Shown: positions 53,145 through 63,224 of the stretch, one piece after another
How positions within the stretch are numbered: position 1 is the first letter of the stretch
Layout of the letters: every line of letters starts with the position of its first letter
Origin: an uncultured Acidobacteriota bacterium
GTDB lineage: Bacteria; Acidobacteriota; Terriglobia; UBA7540
Assembly: GCA_963804995.1 (NCBI GenBank)
Contig: CAWDSK010000006.1
Coordinates: forward strand, 1,408,001 to 1,472,000
Length of the DNA stretch: 64,000 nucleotides
Reading direction: 5' to 3'
Notes under the pieces: model-generated
Database searches by the model: none
Seen by the model: the letters and a program-made list of their open reading frames with translations, nothing else
What the model was told of the DNA's origin: nothing
Program-made: the position numbers and the translations under genes

Positions 53145-53663
53145 CTACTCGCCGGCGGCCGCGGCGCCACTTGACGGAGAGCTGGGCAAAGCCTCATGGC
53201 CCGCTTTGAGTTTGGCAATCTCGCGTTGCAGTTCGGTTGCCAGGTCCTCAAGGATGCGGAGCTGCTCAGTGCGGCGCTGGACCAACGATTCCAGACGTGT
53301 CACTTGACGTTGCAGCTTGTGATTCTCGCGGCGAAGGTAGATGAAGCTGCCTCCCGGGACCACGGCGGAGCCCCCCGCCATGATCTCGCCTGGCTTGGCA
53401 GTCTCACCGGTTTTGACGGTGGGGAACGGCGCGACCCGGGCTTGGGTTTGCTTGATGAGCGCGTCCAGCTCCTTCCGCTCCGCTCCCGGCGGACAAAGCT
53501 GGCGTAAGGCATTGAGTCTGGCCAGGTCAGGATTGTTTCGGCCGCGCTCCCAGTGCTGGACGGCTCCTTTGGTCGCGTTCAACAATCGCGACAAGCCTTC
53601 CTGGCTCACTTCCAAGCGCTTTCTGACCTTTCGAATAACCTTTGCTGGCGTTCCTGTTTCCAT
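53145..53663 (-). CDS. XRE-family HTH regulator with C-terminal coiled coil
   Basis: IRKVRKRLEVSQEGLSRLL..VQHWERGRNNP; heptad-rich C-terminus. Confidence 0.85.
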   Translation of the reverse strand: METGTPAKVIRKVRKRLEVSQEGLSRLLNATKGAVQHWERGRNNPDLARLNALRQLCPPGAERKELDALIKQTQARVAPFPTVKTGETAKPGEIMAGGSAVVPGGSFIYLRRENHKLQRQVTRLESLVQRRTEQLRILEDLATELQREIAKLKAGHEALPSSPSSGAAAAGE

Positions 53664-54488
53664 ACCCGCGCACCTCACTTTCAGGAAAATCCATCCCGCT
53701 CCGAACTTCTAGCCTAGATTCATGCTTTCGAATCGTGGCGCCCGAGCCCAACGCTCATCATCTCCCACCAGCAATCCCGGTGTGGGGGGTTGGTTTCATT
53801 ATACTGGCCTACTGACAACCGGACATCTCTCGGCTAGGTTACTCGCCAACCTTGGGTTCCAAGCGCCGCGTATCATACCACTTTCCAAGTGTCGAAGGGA
53901 TAAACAAATCGGCGATTTTTTTGCTATCAAAGGGTCATCGGCTTTCGGCGCAAAGGACATCGACAAAATAGCCTAGATTGGCCCCCACGGGCACCTTTGC
54001 CCTCTCTCAGCCCTTGACCTGCATGTGCTATCGATGTCAGACTGACGGCGACCGTCGTCCCATAGCTCGCTTGCCACCTGTGCGACTTTGCGTTGCTGGC
54101 ACCCTTGGCATAAACCGACAAAATGTCTTAAAATGGGCTAAAGGGTTCCAGGGTGTAGTACGTTGATACGTGGTGCAGTACAGGGGCTTGTTGGGGGTTT
54201 GTCGGGGATTTGCTGGGTATCCAGCATTGTAAAGCGTCGTAATGGCCGGCCTCCAGGGAAAGCTCAGGATGAGGCCGGAAAGGGCGAAGTCACTAATTCT
54301 CGTCCGGCCCGAACCGCGGCACAGATGGATGCCTTCATTAAACCAAACCTGCCCACTGACCTGTCTGCATGGACCAGCTACCTCTAAAGGCATGGCCAAA
54401 GGTCCACGGCAAAGACGGGCAACTACGGACGTGAATTCAGCCATCACACGTCCTTTTAGGGTACCAAGAGAAACAAAAAGGAGACTCA

Positions 54489-55808
54489 ATGGCAGACATG
54501 CAATCCATTCCAGAGCCAGGCGGAATTACTCCGGAGTTCCGCTTGGACGTCCAACTTCACGAACTGCTGACAAAACCACCCTCGTCCATGCTGCTGCCCC
54601 CAGCTCCCACCGGGGAGCGGCAGGTGCTGCCGGAACCCGTATTTCCCCGGCACCCGGGGCTTCTGGTTGAACACCATCCGGCTGATTGGGACCCTCGGGC
54701 CCACCCTGAGAACCCTTACCGGCGCCGCTGGTCCACCCCCCTGATCTACCGTGCCATGCGGGGGTGGATGTTTCCGTACATCAAGTCCCGCCTGCTGCCA
54801 GGAGATTTTCACCCCATCATTGCCTACCTCTTCACAGAGTGGAAATGCAATCTCGATTGCCACTACTGCTGGGCGTTCGACAACAGCGTAAAGGGCATGA
54901 GCGAGGACACGGCCAAACGTTCCATCGACTGGCTGCACTCCACCACCTGCCGGGTGCTGGCGCTGATGGGCGGTGAGCCGCTGCTGCGTCCGCAGTTCGT
55001 CCACAAGGTGGTGGATTACGCCGCGCAGAAAGGCTTCTGGGTCTATCTGCCCACCAACGCACGCCTGCTGCGGCCGGAGGTCATCGACCGCCTCGCCGAT
55101 GCAGGAGTGGCCGTCGTGAATTTCGCCGTGGATGCCGTGGAGGAAAAACCAGGGCTGCCCAAGGCGTTGGCTCCGGTGCGCAAGCATTTCGACTACCTCA
55201 TCCAGCGGCAATACCGCTACGGCACCATTGTGTTCTTCAACATCAACATCTGCCGGAATAACATGGAGGATGTAAAGCGCTTGACCGAGATCGCACACGA
55301 CAATGGCATCGTCACCGACTATCACATCAACGAGTCCCCCATGCTCCAACAGGAACACTTCCAGCACTACGATGAGAATGACACCTTCATCCGCCAAGAA
55401 GATTGGTCGCGCGTGGATGACCTCGTCGAGTGGCTGATCGAAAAGAACCGCTCCGGCTACAAGATGGTGAACTCCGTCAAGCGCCTGCGCGACATGTGCG
55501 AGTTCATGCGGGGGAAGGTTGAGCCCTGGAACTGCCGCGCGGGTCAGAACAACGTCATCATCCGCGTGGACGGCACCCTCGCGCCCTGCTTCCCCATGTA
55601 TTCCGCCAAGTACGATTGGGGCACCATCGAAAACCATAAGTTCGAAGTCAAGCAACTGGACGAGATGAAGACGGTGTGCCAGACGCACTGCTTCTCGACC
55701 CTCAACCATAACCTCGGCTACTGCTACAACGACGCTCGCGTCATCAAGTGGATCCTGCGACAGGCCGCGCGCGGCTTCCAGGGCGTCACCGGGAGCTTCG
55801 AGGATTAG
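54489..55808 (+). CDS. Radical SAM protein with SPASM/twitch-like C-terminus
   Basis: CNLDCHYC, GGEPLL, CRAG..DGTLAPC; AAGGAG RBS. Confidence 0.93.
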   Translation: MADMQSIPEPGGITPEFRLDVQLHELLTKPPSSMLLPPAPTGERQVLPEPVFPRHPGLLVEHHPADWDPRAHPENPYRRRWSTPLIYRAMRGWMFPYIKSRLLPGDFHPIIAYLFTEWKCNLDCHYCWAFDNSVKGMSEDTAKRSIDWLHSTTCRVLALMGGEPLLRPQFVHKVVDYAAQKGFWVYLPTNARLLRPEVIDRLADAGVAVVNFAVDAVEEKPGLPKALAPVRKHFDYLIQRQYRYGTIVFFNINICRNNMEDVKRLTEIAHDNGIVTDYHINESPMLQQEHFQHYDENDTFIRQEDWSRVDDLVEWLIEKNRSGYKMVNSVKRLRDMCEFMRGKVEPWNCRAGQNNVIIRVDGTLAPCFPMYSAKYDWGTIENHKFEVKQLDEMKTVCQTHCFSTLNHNLGYCYNDARVIKWILRQAARGFQGVTGSFED

Positions 55809-55940
55809 ACAGTCAAGTCGGGAGTCCAGGGTCCTAAGTCCGGGGCCCAAGAACGTGGTTTTGGATGATCCGACCATCGGACCACAGAGTGATCTCGCGA
55901 TTGAGTGATGAGGTGATGGCCGGTCCCCCTCTCGATTTGT

Positions 55941-56540
55941 GGGCTCATGGACTAGTGCCAACCCGCCGATAACCGATATGGGGTAGTGCGTCACGGCGGG
56001 GGGAGAAGGGATTCGGGGTTCGGGTCTCGCTATACGAGGCCGGGGACTAACTGTGAGCTGTCGATTGTGAGCTGTCTGCACGGGGAAGTGCGTGGCGGCG
56101 GGGACGAGCGATCGGGAGATCGGTTGATCCGGAGATCGGGCGATCGGGTCATTTGTGAATGGCAATTTGTGATTTGCGATTTTCGAAGCCAGCATTTGAT
56201 TCATCTTCTCACCTGGCACCGCCGATAACCGAAGCGGGGGAGTGTGGGCCGGCGGGGGCTGGCGATCAGGAGATCAGGTCATTTGTGAATGGCGATTGGT
56301 GATTGGCGATTTTCGAAGTCAGCATTTGATTCATCTTCTTACCTGGCGCCGCCGATAACCGAAGCGGGGGAGTGTGGGCCAGCGGGGGCTAGTGATCGGG
56401 AGATCGGGTGATCCGGCGATCGCGTGATCGAATGATTGGAGCAGCACGTTACTGCCAGGCTCCGGTCGGCCGAATTGGGCTCATGTTCCTGTGCCATCCA
56501 TCCGATTACCGATGTGGGGAAGTGCGTCACGGGCGGGCGG
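55941..56540. repeat. Composite repeat tract with a 130-bp tandem duplication and CCGATAACCGA motifs
   Basis: 56142.. and 56272.. units nearly identical; motif recurs at ~55966, 56222, 56352, 56502 and 59326. Confidence 0.8.
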
Positions 56541-56900
56541 GGTTCGGCCGGAGCGGTTAGCTGCTCGCCGCGAGTCTTCCGGGCCGTCGCGCTGCCCTGT
56601 CCTTGCAGTGACAGCCGGTAGCTGAGACAGGGGGCTGCGGCGGGTCGGTTAGGGCAGCGGGCCTCACCGCCTTTGACCTCCCGTCCAACGCCTGTCGCGC
56701 CTTCCGGCTTCGCCCCAATCATCGCGTCGCCTGCTCTTGCCAGCCCCGTCTCCGATGGAGGGTCCCTCTTTTCTCTTTCCTCCGCACTTTCAATAACCCC
56801 CTTTATTTTCATAAACATCGTGGGTTAGCGACTATAACTAGGGCGACAAATCACATGACAAACAATGGCAGTAGAAGTTGGGTGTTCCGGTCCGCATTAA

Positions 56901-57065
56901 CTAACTGGCCTTCCGGTTGGCACGTCTCTGCTCACGGCCCTGCTTGAGTTGAGCATCAAGCTCTTCTTTGCCCACCGAAAGCAAGCGCCTGAGCCCCGCC
57001 TTAAACTTACGCGGCGATATTTTGACTTTTTCTTCGACGCCAGTTTGTCCCGTGTCTTTATACAT
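56901..57065 (-). CDS. 54-aa basic ORF overlapping the transposase stop
   Basis: MYKDTGQTGVEEKVKISPRKFKAGLRRLLSVGKEELDAQLKQGREQRRANRKAS; GAGG RBS inside the tnp 3' end. Confidence 0.55.
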   Translation of the reverse strand: MYKDTGQTGVEEKVKISPRKFKAGLRRLLSVGKEELDAQLKQGREQRRANRKAS

Positions 57066-58011
57066 CCTCACCTTCTTTTCCGGTCAATTCGTTGTACGTC
57101 ACTCTCCGACCGTCTGCCTGTTTTAAGGCCGTCTGGAATCTCTCTCCGTCTGTCATCGTGCGAGTATTGAATCGGAAGGTAGCACTATCGAGATAGCGGT
57201 CAAGGTGAAAAGCGTCAACGGAATGATGCGTCCCGTAAATTGTCCGCTTGAACAGGCTCCAGAAGTTCTCAAGGCCGTTCGTGTGAACACGGCCCCGGAC
57301 AAATTCTTCGGCGTGATTGATGACTTCGTGAATGTAATTCTGCTCTTCGATTCCGTCATAGGACTTCAATGCGTCAGAGTAGATGACGGAGCCGGGAGCA
57401 ACGTTGCGGCTGATTTGTGCTTGAAGCTCTCCCTTGCGCACAGTCCGTACCTTTTTGGCGCGAATCGTACCATGCCGCTTGAGAAGTCCCATGACCGCGC
57501 ACTTGCCGATTGACCCACGGCCAAGATGCTGCCTTTTGCTCGCGTGCTTGAAGCGCTCTTTTCCGCCGATGAAAGTTTCGTCAACTTCGACTTCGCCAGA
57601 CAGCGGGTCGCGATCTCCGTTTTCGCGCATCGTGAGCCGGATTCGGTGAAGCATGAACCATGCGGTCCTTTGCGTCACATTGAGCGCCCGGCCAAGCTGA
57701 TAGGAACTCACATCTTTTTTCGATGACATCTCAAGCCAGAAGGCGGGAAGCCATTTATCCAAGCCAAGCGGGGAGTCCTCGAAAATCGTTCCGACCTTGA
57801 CCGTGAACTGCTTTCGGCAAGTCTTGCAGCGCCAGATGATTCCACGTGTCTTGCTATTGATCGTCCAGACCTCTGTCCCGCCGCAATCCGCACGCGGGCA
57901 AGTGACCTTACCATTGGGCCACCGGACATCTGCAAGAGCCTGATGGCATACTTCCGGGTCGGAGTAGTATCGAACTGCTTCAAGCAACGTTTCTGGTATG
58001 TTGTTAATCAT
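57058..58011 (-). CDS. IS1595-family (ISXO2-like) transposase
   Basis: Zn ribbon; AWFMLHRIR, VEVDETFIGG, YSD, HTNGLENFWS, FRFN. Confidence 0.96.
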   Translation of the reverse strand: MINNIPETLLEAVRYYSDPEVCHQALADVRWPNGKVTCPRADCGGTEVWTINSKTRGIIWRCKTCRKQFTVKVGTIFEDSPLGLDKWLPAFWLEMSSKKDVSSYQLGRALNVTQRTAWFMLHRIRLTMRENGDRDPLSGEVEVDETFIGGKERFKHASKRQHLGRGSIGKCAVMGLLKRHGTIRAKKVRTVRKGELQAQISRNVAPGSVIYSDALKSYDGIEEQNYIHEVINHAEEFVRGRVHTNGLENFWSLFKRTIYGTHHSVDAFHLDRYLDSATFRFNTRTMTDGERFQTALKQADGRRVTYNELTGKEGEDV

Positions 58012-58065
58012 GAGTACAGTTTACGCCACTAATAGTTGTTTGTCAAGTACAAAATGAAATTATTT

Positions 58066-58734
58066 TTAGGGCGCTCCTATGCTTGGGTCTTGAAGGAATT
58101 CTTCAAGTTTTTGCTGGTCGCTCATCAATAACTTCCAAGTTTCATAGTATTCGGGTGTCATCCCTCCACCAAGGTAGGACTCATTACCTCTCGATTGACT
58201 GCGAAATCTCGCGAGGTACACATTCCCCCTGGGAATCGTTTTAAGATAATTCTCGATGGCTTTATGCCAGCTTTGAACAGACAATGCCCACTCATGCTGG
58301 TCCTTGTCTGGATAGACACTTCCCGGAAAAAATCTCGTACGTAGCGAGTTCCCCGTATCTATGTATCGGCTGATTTTCCCCTGTATGGAGCGTCGCGCCT
58401 TCTCAGTAGCTTCATCCGCAGATGACTTGCTACTATTAATCACGGTCGGAGGTGGCATATTGTTTGTAACTTGAACGGTCGGAGGCTGCTTGGTGTTATG
58501 CTCAATCTCAGCCAGTTGCCTACGTATTGCGGATTGGGTCTGCGCGTTCTTAGCTGCCTGAAATGCGATCAAGAGCACAGCCACGGCTCCGCAGGCTAAG
58601 AACTTGATTTTATAATGCTTCCGCGTGATCGGATCGTCTGTGGGGTGCAAAGTCACATGCACCCCCTGATAGGCCATATAAATCGTGAGGAGAGCAGACG
58701 CGACTGCCAATAACACGGTAATTGTCGTATCCAT
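58066..58734 (-). CDS. IS passenger: two-TM hypothetical protein
   Basis: 222-aa low-GC ORF inside the TIRs; two hydrophobic helices, Pro/Thr linker, helical C-domain. Confidence 0.8.
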   Translation of the reverse strand: MDTTITVLLAVASALLTIYMAYQGVHVTLHPTDDPITRKHYKIKFLACGAVAVLLIAFQAAKNAQTQSAIRRQLAEIEHNTKQPPTVQVTNNMPPPTVINSSKSSADEATEKARRSIQGKISRYIDTGNSLRTRFFPGSVYPDKDQHEWALSVQSWHKAIENYLKTIPRGNVYLARFRSQSRGNESYLGGGMTPEYYETWKLLMSDQQKLEEFLQDPSIGAP

Positions 58735-59597
58735 CGCATAAAACTACTGCCTGTACATTTGTTTGTCAAGTGATTCATCGCCATAACTAGCTTATTTTTC
58801 ATAAACATCGTGGCATTAGTCAAAATTTCACTTCCTTCTTTCTTTGTTTTCAACAACATCGTGGGTTTAACCTTCATTTTTAGTTCCCCATTTTTCCCTC
58901 ACCCCATTTGCAACAGAATCGATTAACTCTCCTCATTTCAATGAGATAGAATTTTGCCAAGTTTCTTCTCCTCTTCGCTAACCCCTTTTGCTTTCTATAA
59001 CATCGTGGCTTAGGGGCCTGAGTAAATTTCCGCAGATTGAATTAGTCTTGTTGTTTCAATGAGTTACATTTTGAGAGTTTTTGCTCCTCTTCGCTAACTC
59101 CTTTTGTTATCTGAAACATCGTGGCATAGGGCCGTTAGTCAACTTGACGCGGTCGGGGCGAATTCTATCCTGATCCTATCGGGACACCCACCTTTGGCGA
59201 GGTAAACTCGCCGCTACGTCCTCCATTTGACCCACGACCTGACGCCTCTCTGCGGAGCCTGATCGGGGGGTCGGGAATTGCCCAACTCCAGGTCGATCGG
59301 TGATCTCAGGTTCGTGTTCCAGCCCGCCGATAACCGGAAGTGTTCGGGGAGGGCTCTGAAGGTCGGCGCTGGTTCGCCCCGAATTTCCGTATAACCTGTG
59401 CATTTTCGGCCCACAATCCCGATCGATTGCCATTTATCATCGCAAAATCCCGAAATTTTCTGCAAAAAGGTCGAACAATAGCCTGACAAATTGTCGTCCT
59501 CTCCTGTGTTTTCATACACATCGCCGGAGGTTCCTTCATTTTTAACATCTCTACGGATCTGTGCCCCTTCCCGGACGTTCGTCGGCGTGTTCGTGAA

Positions 59598-59751
59598 GCA
59601 TGGCAGACCCCCGATTTGGGGGCCCGTGGTTCTTCGAGTGCTGCCTGGATACATTATGGCGCTCCGCTTCCTCACCTCTATTGTGCTCTTGGTAGACTGG
59701 GCTATGTCAATAGGCAATGTATAGGTTTGGGCTACCGGTAGCCTAAGAATG
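59598..59751. repeat. ~155-bp direct repeat, copy 1
   Basis: Aligns with 63225..63384. Confidence 0.9.
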
Positions 59752-60328
59752 CAAGGCGGGCAGCAAATTGGCCGAAAAAAGTGGCGCGGCTGACTTGCAC
59801 CGATGAATTGGGTCGCTACCTCGGGCCGTTAGACTATGTGGAAACATAAATTCGCTATCCGGTCCAGGGGCAATTCAGCGTGATCGTCCCGTGGGCCGTG
59901 CCGGTGGAAGGCCCCGTTAGGGCGATGATGGTGCCCTTGTCAAAAGGTGAACGAGTTGATCGCCTGCTGGCACTGGCCCCACAGCCGGGGCGGCCCCCTC
60001 TTGCTTTTCTTGCTGGTCACTCCCCACTGTCCTTTATGGCATCCTCTTTTCCCTGTTCCCTGTTACCTATCTTTCGCCTTTCCGCTTGTTGCTGGTGATT
60101 GTCCTGCTGTTCCCTGTTACCTGTTCCCTATTCCCTGTACTTCCGTTCCCTGTTCCCTGATGCGCTGGGCCGGGCTAAACTCCGAAACTCAGAAAGATGG
60201 TTCTTCATGGCCTTCTCCTCGGGACTGCTGTTACGGTTGCCGCGCGTGCGGCCCGCGTTCCTTCGACTGCGCTCAGGACAGGCTCCGCTGAAACCAGAAT
60301 TCTCCGATGCCCAGTAGGCAGTCAGAGT

Positions 60329-60688
60329 CGGTAGCGCAGAGTCTCGGGCTTTTGGAGACTCTGCGGCTTTTCGTTTGTTGGGCGCGGCTTCCGATCACCA
60401 CTTATTTCCCCCAGGGAAACTGGATCACCACGTTAGGTGGTTCAGCCTTGTGTTAATAATACCGTGCATGTTTATCATATTAAGAACTACCTGCTGCGTG
60501 TTAATAATACAGTGGATGTTTATCATATTAAGAACCGCAGAGTCTGAAAGGCACAGACTCTGCGCTGCTTGTGTCCCCCAGGGAAACTGGACCGCCACGT
60601 TAGGTGGTTCAGCCGCGTGTTAATAATGCAGTGGATGTTTATCATATTGAGAACCGCAGAGTCTGAAAGGGCCAGACTCTGCGCTACC
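60329..60688. repeat. Expanded REPIN-like element with internal tandem duplications
   Basis: Three copies of GTGTTAATAAT..ATGTTTATCATATTRAGAAC; two copies of CCCCCAGGGAAACTGGA. Confidence 0.85.
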
Positions 60689-60720
60689 CAGTCTGCGCTA
60701 CCTGCTACGCAGTCCGACGT

Positions 60721-61347
60721 TTACCAATATCTATCACGAACCACATCGACTCGGACTAGTTTTGACCTGCGGAACCGAAGGTCAATCTTTTCGTAAACAC
60801 TGATTAAAGCCGGGGGTGTAGAAAAACCGTCTATGAAGCGCGTAACTTCTTCAGGTGTAGGGGGGCGATCGTAGGAGGACTCGTACGTGAGGCGATCTTC
60901 CTGCATCTTAGTTGGGGGACCAAGAAGGGCCACGACCTCGCTGCGACCCATCCCCAGCTTTAGTCCACTCGCTGTCGACAGCGAGCTCGAAACGAGCCTT
61001 GACTGCGCGCACCGGCTGATTGATTGGGTCGATCCCTGGTAGAACCGAAATTCCACTACACCTGTAAGCCAATTATCGAACTCTAAAATGGTCCCGCCAT
61101 TTTCCGGCGAAGCGTAGCACCGGGAGGCTTCTTCGATGTGTCTGGCTTGTTTCACCGGTGCGGTACCAAGAATACGCTCAACATCTGCAACTTCACTACT
61201 CCCTAGCCTGATCCCGAGGACCTCGAAGTTCTTGGGATCCAGCTTTTGTCCTTCGGCCAGAGCGCCTGTGAGAACAAAGAAGAGTATCGAAACCAGACCG
61301 CCAACCAAAAGCATCATGTTTGCACGAGAAGACAGGTGTGTTGTCAT
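60721..61347 (-). CDS. Putative periplasmic immunity protein
   Basis: ATGA overlap with the toxin stop; signal/TM segment; two G[IL][RK]LG...V...LG repeats. Confidence 0.7.
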   Translation of the reverse strand: MTTHLSSRANMMLLVGGLVSILFFVLTGALAEGQKLDPKNFEVLGIRLGSSEVADVERILGTAPVKQARHIEEASRCYASPENGGTILEFDNWLTGVVEFRFYQGSTQSISRCAQSRLVSSSLSTASGLKLGMGRSEVVALLGPPTKMQEDRLTYESSYDRPPTPEEVTRFIDGFSTPPALISVYEKIDLRFRRSKLVRVDVVRDRYW

Positions 61348-63140
61348 GGGATAACCTCTAGCGTCCCACCGTCACATTGAGCAAGTTTCTGCCTGCTTTC
61401 TTTCGAGGGGAGAACGATGCAGCCGGCGGACGCCTTACCTGTTGGATCAGTGTCGCCATGGATCATGAATGAACGCGTCGCGCCGCTACGACCGGGTGGG
61501 ATGAGAACGTCGCCGGTTGCTGTTAAGTCAAATTGAGGATTCCCCGCGTGTCCGTGATAGCCTTTTCCAAAGATCCATGTCCCCATCGGGATGGGACCGC
61601 CTTGAATAGCGGCGCCGTTGGGTGCCACTTTCCCGGGGAGGTCGGTTTCGGCCAGATTGTTCATTGCATAACCATACCCAGAGTATCCATACGTATCGAT
61701 GAAGTAGTAGTCGCCACCTGAGCTAGGCCCGAAGCACTGGATATGTCCAGTCGAGATCGAAAATGTACATCCGCACGATAGACCGAAGGGATCAAGAAAG
61801 AGAACAGGGTTGTTGAATACATACGCATAGAAATTGACATCTCCACTGCGCCATCTGGCTGGATCCTCGCTGAGGAAGCGGCCTGTAGCTGGACCGTAGT
61901 ATCTGGCGCGGTAGTAGTAGAGGCCGGTTTCGGAGTCGAATTCGCGGCCGGTGTACTGGAAGGGATTAGTGACCGTCCCGGTTGAGGCCGTGAGGTTGCC
62001 GAAGGAATCGTACACGTAGCTGGCGGCGAGTTGGCCCGAGCCATCCGTCAGGGAGGTTATAGAGCCCAGGCCGTCCGCGTGGATAGTAAGATGTGCGTAA
62101 GTCCCTGATATATGGCCAGCGGCTCGTCGATGCCTGCGCCTTGCGTGTAGTGGGCCAGCAGGTTGCCTCCTCCGCCCAGTTCCTCAATCATGTTGGCGCC
62201 GTCATAGGCGTAAATCGTGGTGGCGCTGCCGTAAACCTTGCGAATCCTTCGTCCCAAAGGGTCATAGTTGAAATTCACGGTCCCACCGGTTCCCGGCAGG
62301 GTCACGCTGGTGAGGCGGTTCTCGAAATCCCAGGTGTAGTAGGTCGTCCCGGTCGTGTCGGTTTTGCTCAGCGTGTTTCCGTTATTGTCGTACGTGTACG
62401 TGGCGGCGGAGGTGGAGGTGAGCTCGTTCGAAGCGTTGTAGTTGTACGACGTGGGTCCGGCCGAGGTCAGCCGATTGCCCACCGCGTCGTAGGTGTAGCC
62501 CTCCGCCAAGTTGCCTCCCACCACCGCCTGCGTCAACTCGTAGATGTAGTCATAGCTGTAATTGGAGGTCACCGAAACGGGATTGGGGTTCGCCTGCTGG
62601 ACGGCCGTCTTGCTGGTGCGGTTCCCCGCCGCGTCGTAAGTGTAGCCGGCGCTCCCCGGCAGGTAGCCTCCGAGGACGCCGAGCCGGCGCGAAAAGGAGC
62701 GTAGCGCGGACCTCCGATTTTGAGGTCCGCGGCTCTTCCTGCGAAAAATCTCAGACCTCTGCTCCCCTCCGATTCGGTAGCGTGAACTTAACGAAGAACC
62801 GCAGACCTCAAAAGCGGAGGTCTGCGCTACCACACCATTCGGCCGCGTCAGGGAAGTCCGGCGCCCCAGATTGTCGTAACTGAAGGTGTATGTGCCGGAG
62901 GGGGCCGTGACCTGCGTCAGGCGGCTCAGCAGGTCGTAACTGTAATTGACTGCCCGGGAATTCGGAAGGGTCTTGCTGGTCAGGCGATAGAGGGCGTTCC
63001 TTCGACTGCGCTCAGGACAGGCTCCGCCATAGCTGATCGTTTGCAGCTTGCGGTCCGTCTTGGTCAGCAGATTGTTCATCGCGTCATAAGTGTAACTCTC
63101 GCTGAGCGTCGAGGGGAAGGTGATAACCCGCCCCAGAGCG
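61344..63140 (-). pseudogene. 5'-truncated, frameshifted Rhs protein with C-terminal Tlde1 (DUF2778)-like toxin domain
   Basis: YD repeats; Rhs core PFQYTGREFDSETGLYYYRARYY..DPFGL; CT with GYSG, GPIP.G, IHG..SAGCI; two extra bases at ~62083-62097. Confidence 0.88.
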
Positions 63141-63224
63141 TCTCCGTGACCTCTGTGTGAAAGCTCTTCGGGACGCAGAGGACACAGAGAAATGTTTGCT
63201 AAAGAAACAAGCATTCACGGTATG

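Larger units (their letters stand above)
56842..58782 (-). mobile_element. Complete IS1595-family element with passenger gene (1941 bp)
   Basis: 24-bp TIRs matching 21/24; 8-bp target duplication ATAACTAG at 56834-56841 and 58783-58790. Confidence 0.92.

Noticed and set aside
54324..54386. RiPP precursor for the radical SAM enzyme
   Set aside because: Weak RBS, no leader/core pattern and no transporter, peptidase or recognition element nearby; kept only as a possible leader ORF
54486..56219. 577-aa minus-strand ORF
   Set aside because: Antisense shadow of the radical SAM gene running into repeats
56800..59130. Degenerate CRISPR array from the AACATCGTGG repeats
   Set aside because: Repeats are short, variable and irregularly spaced, and the intervening sequences are themselves duplicated
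59214..59717. Protein-coding gene
   Set aside because: Built from the direct repeat and other repeat units; no protein-like signal
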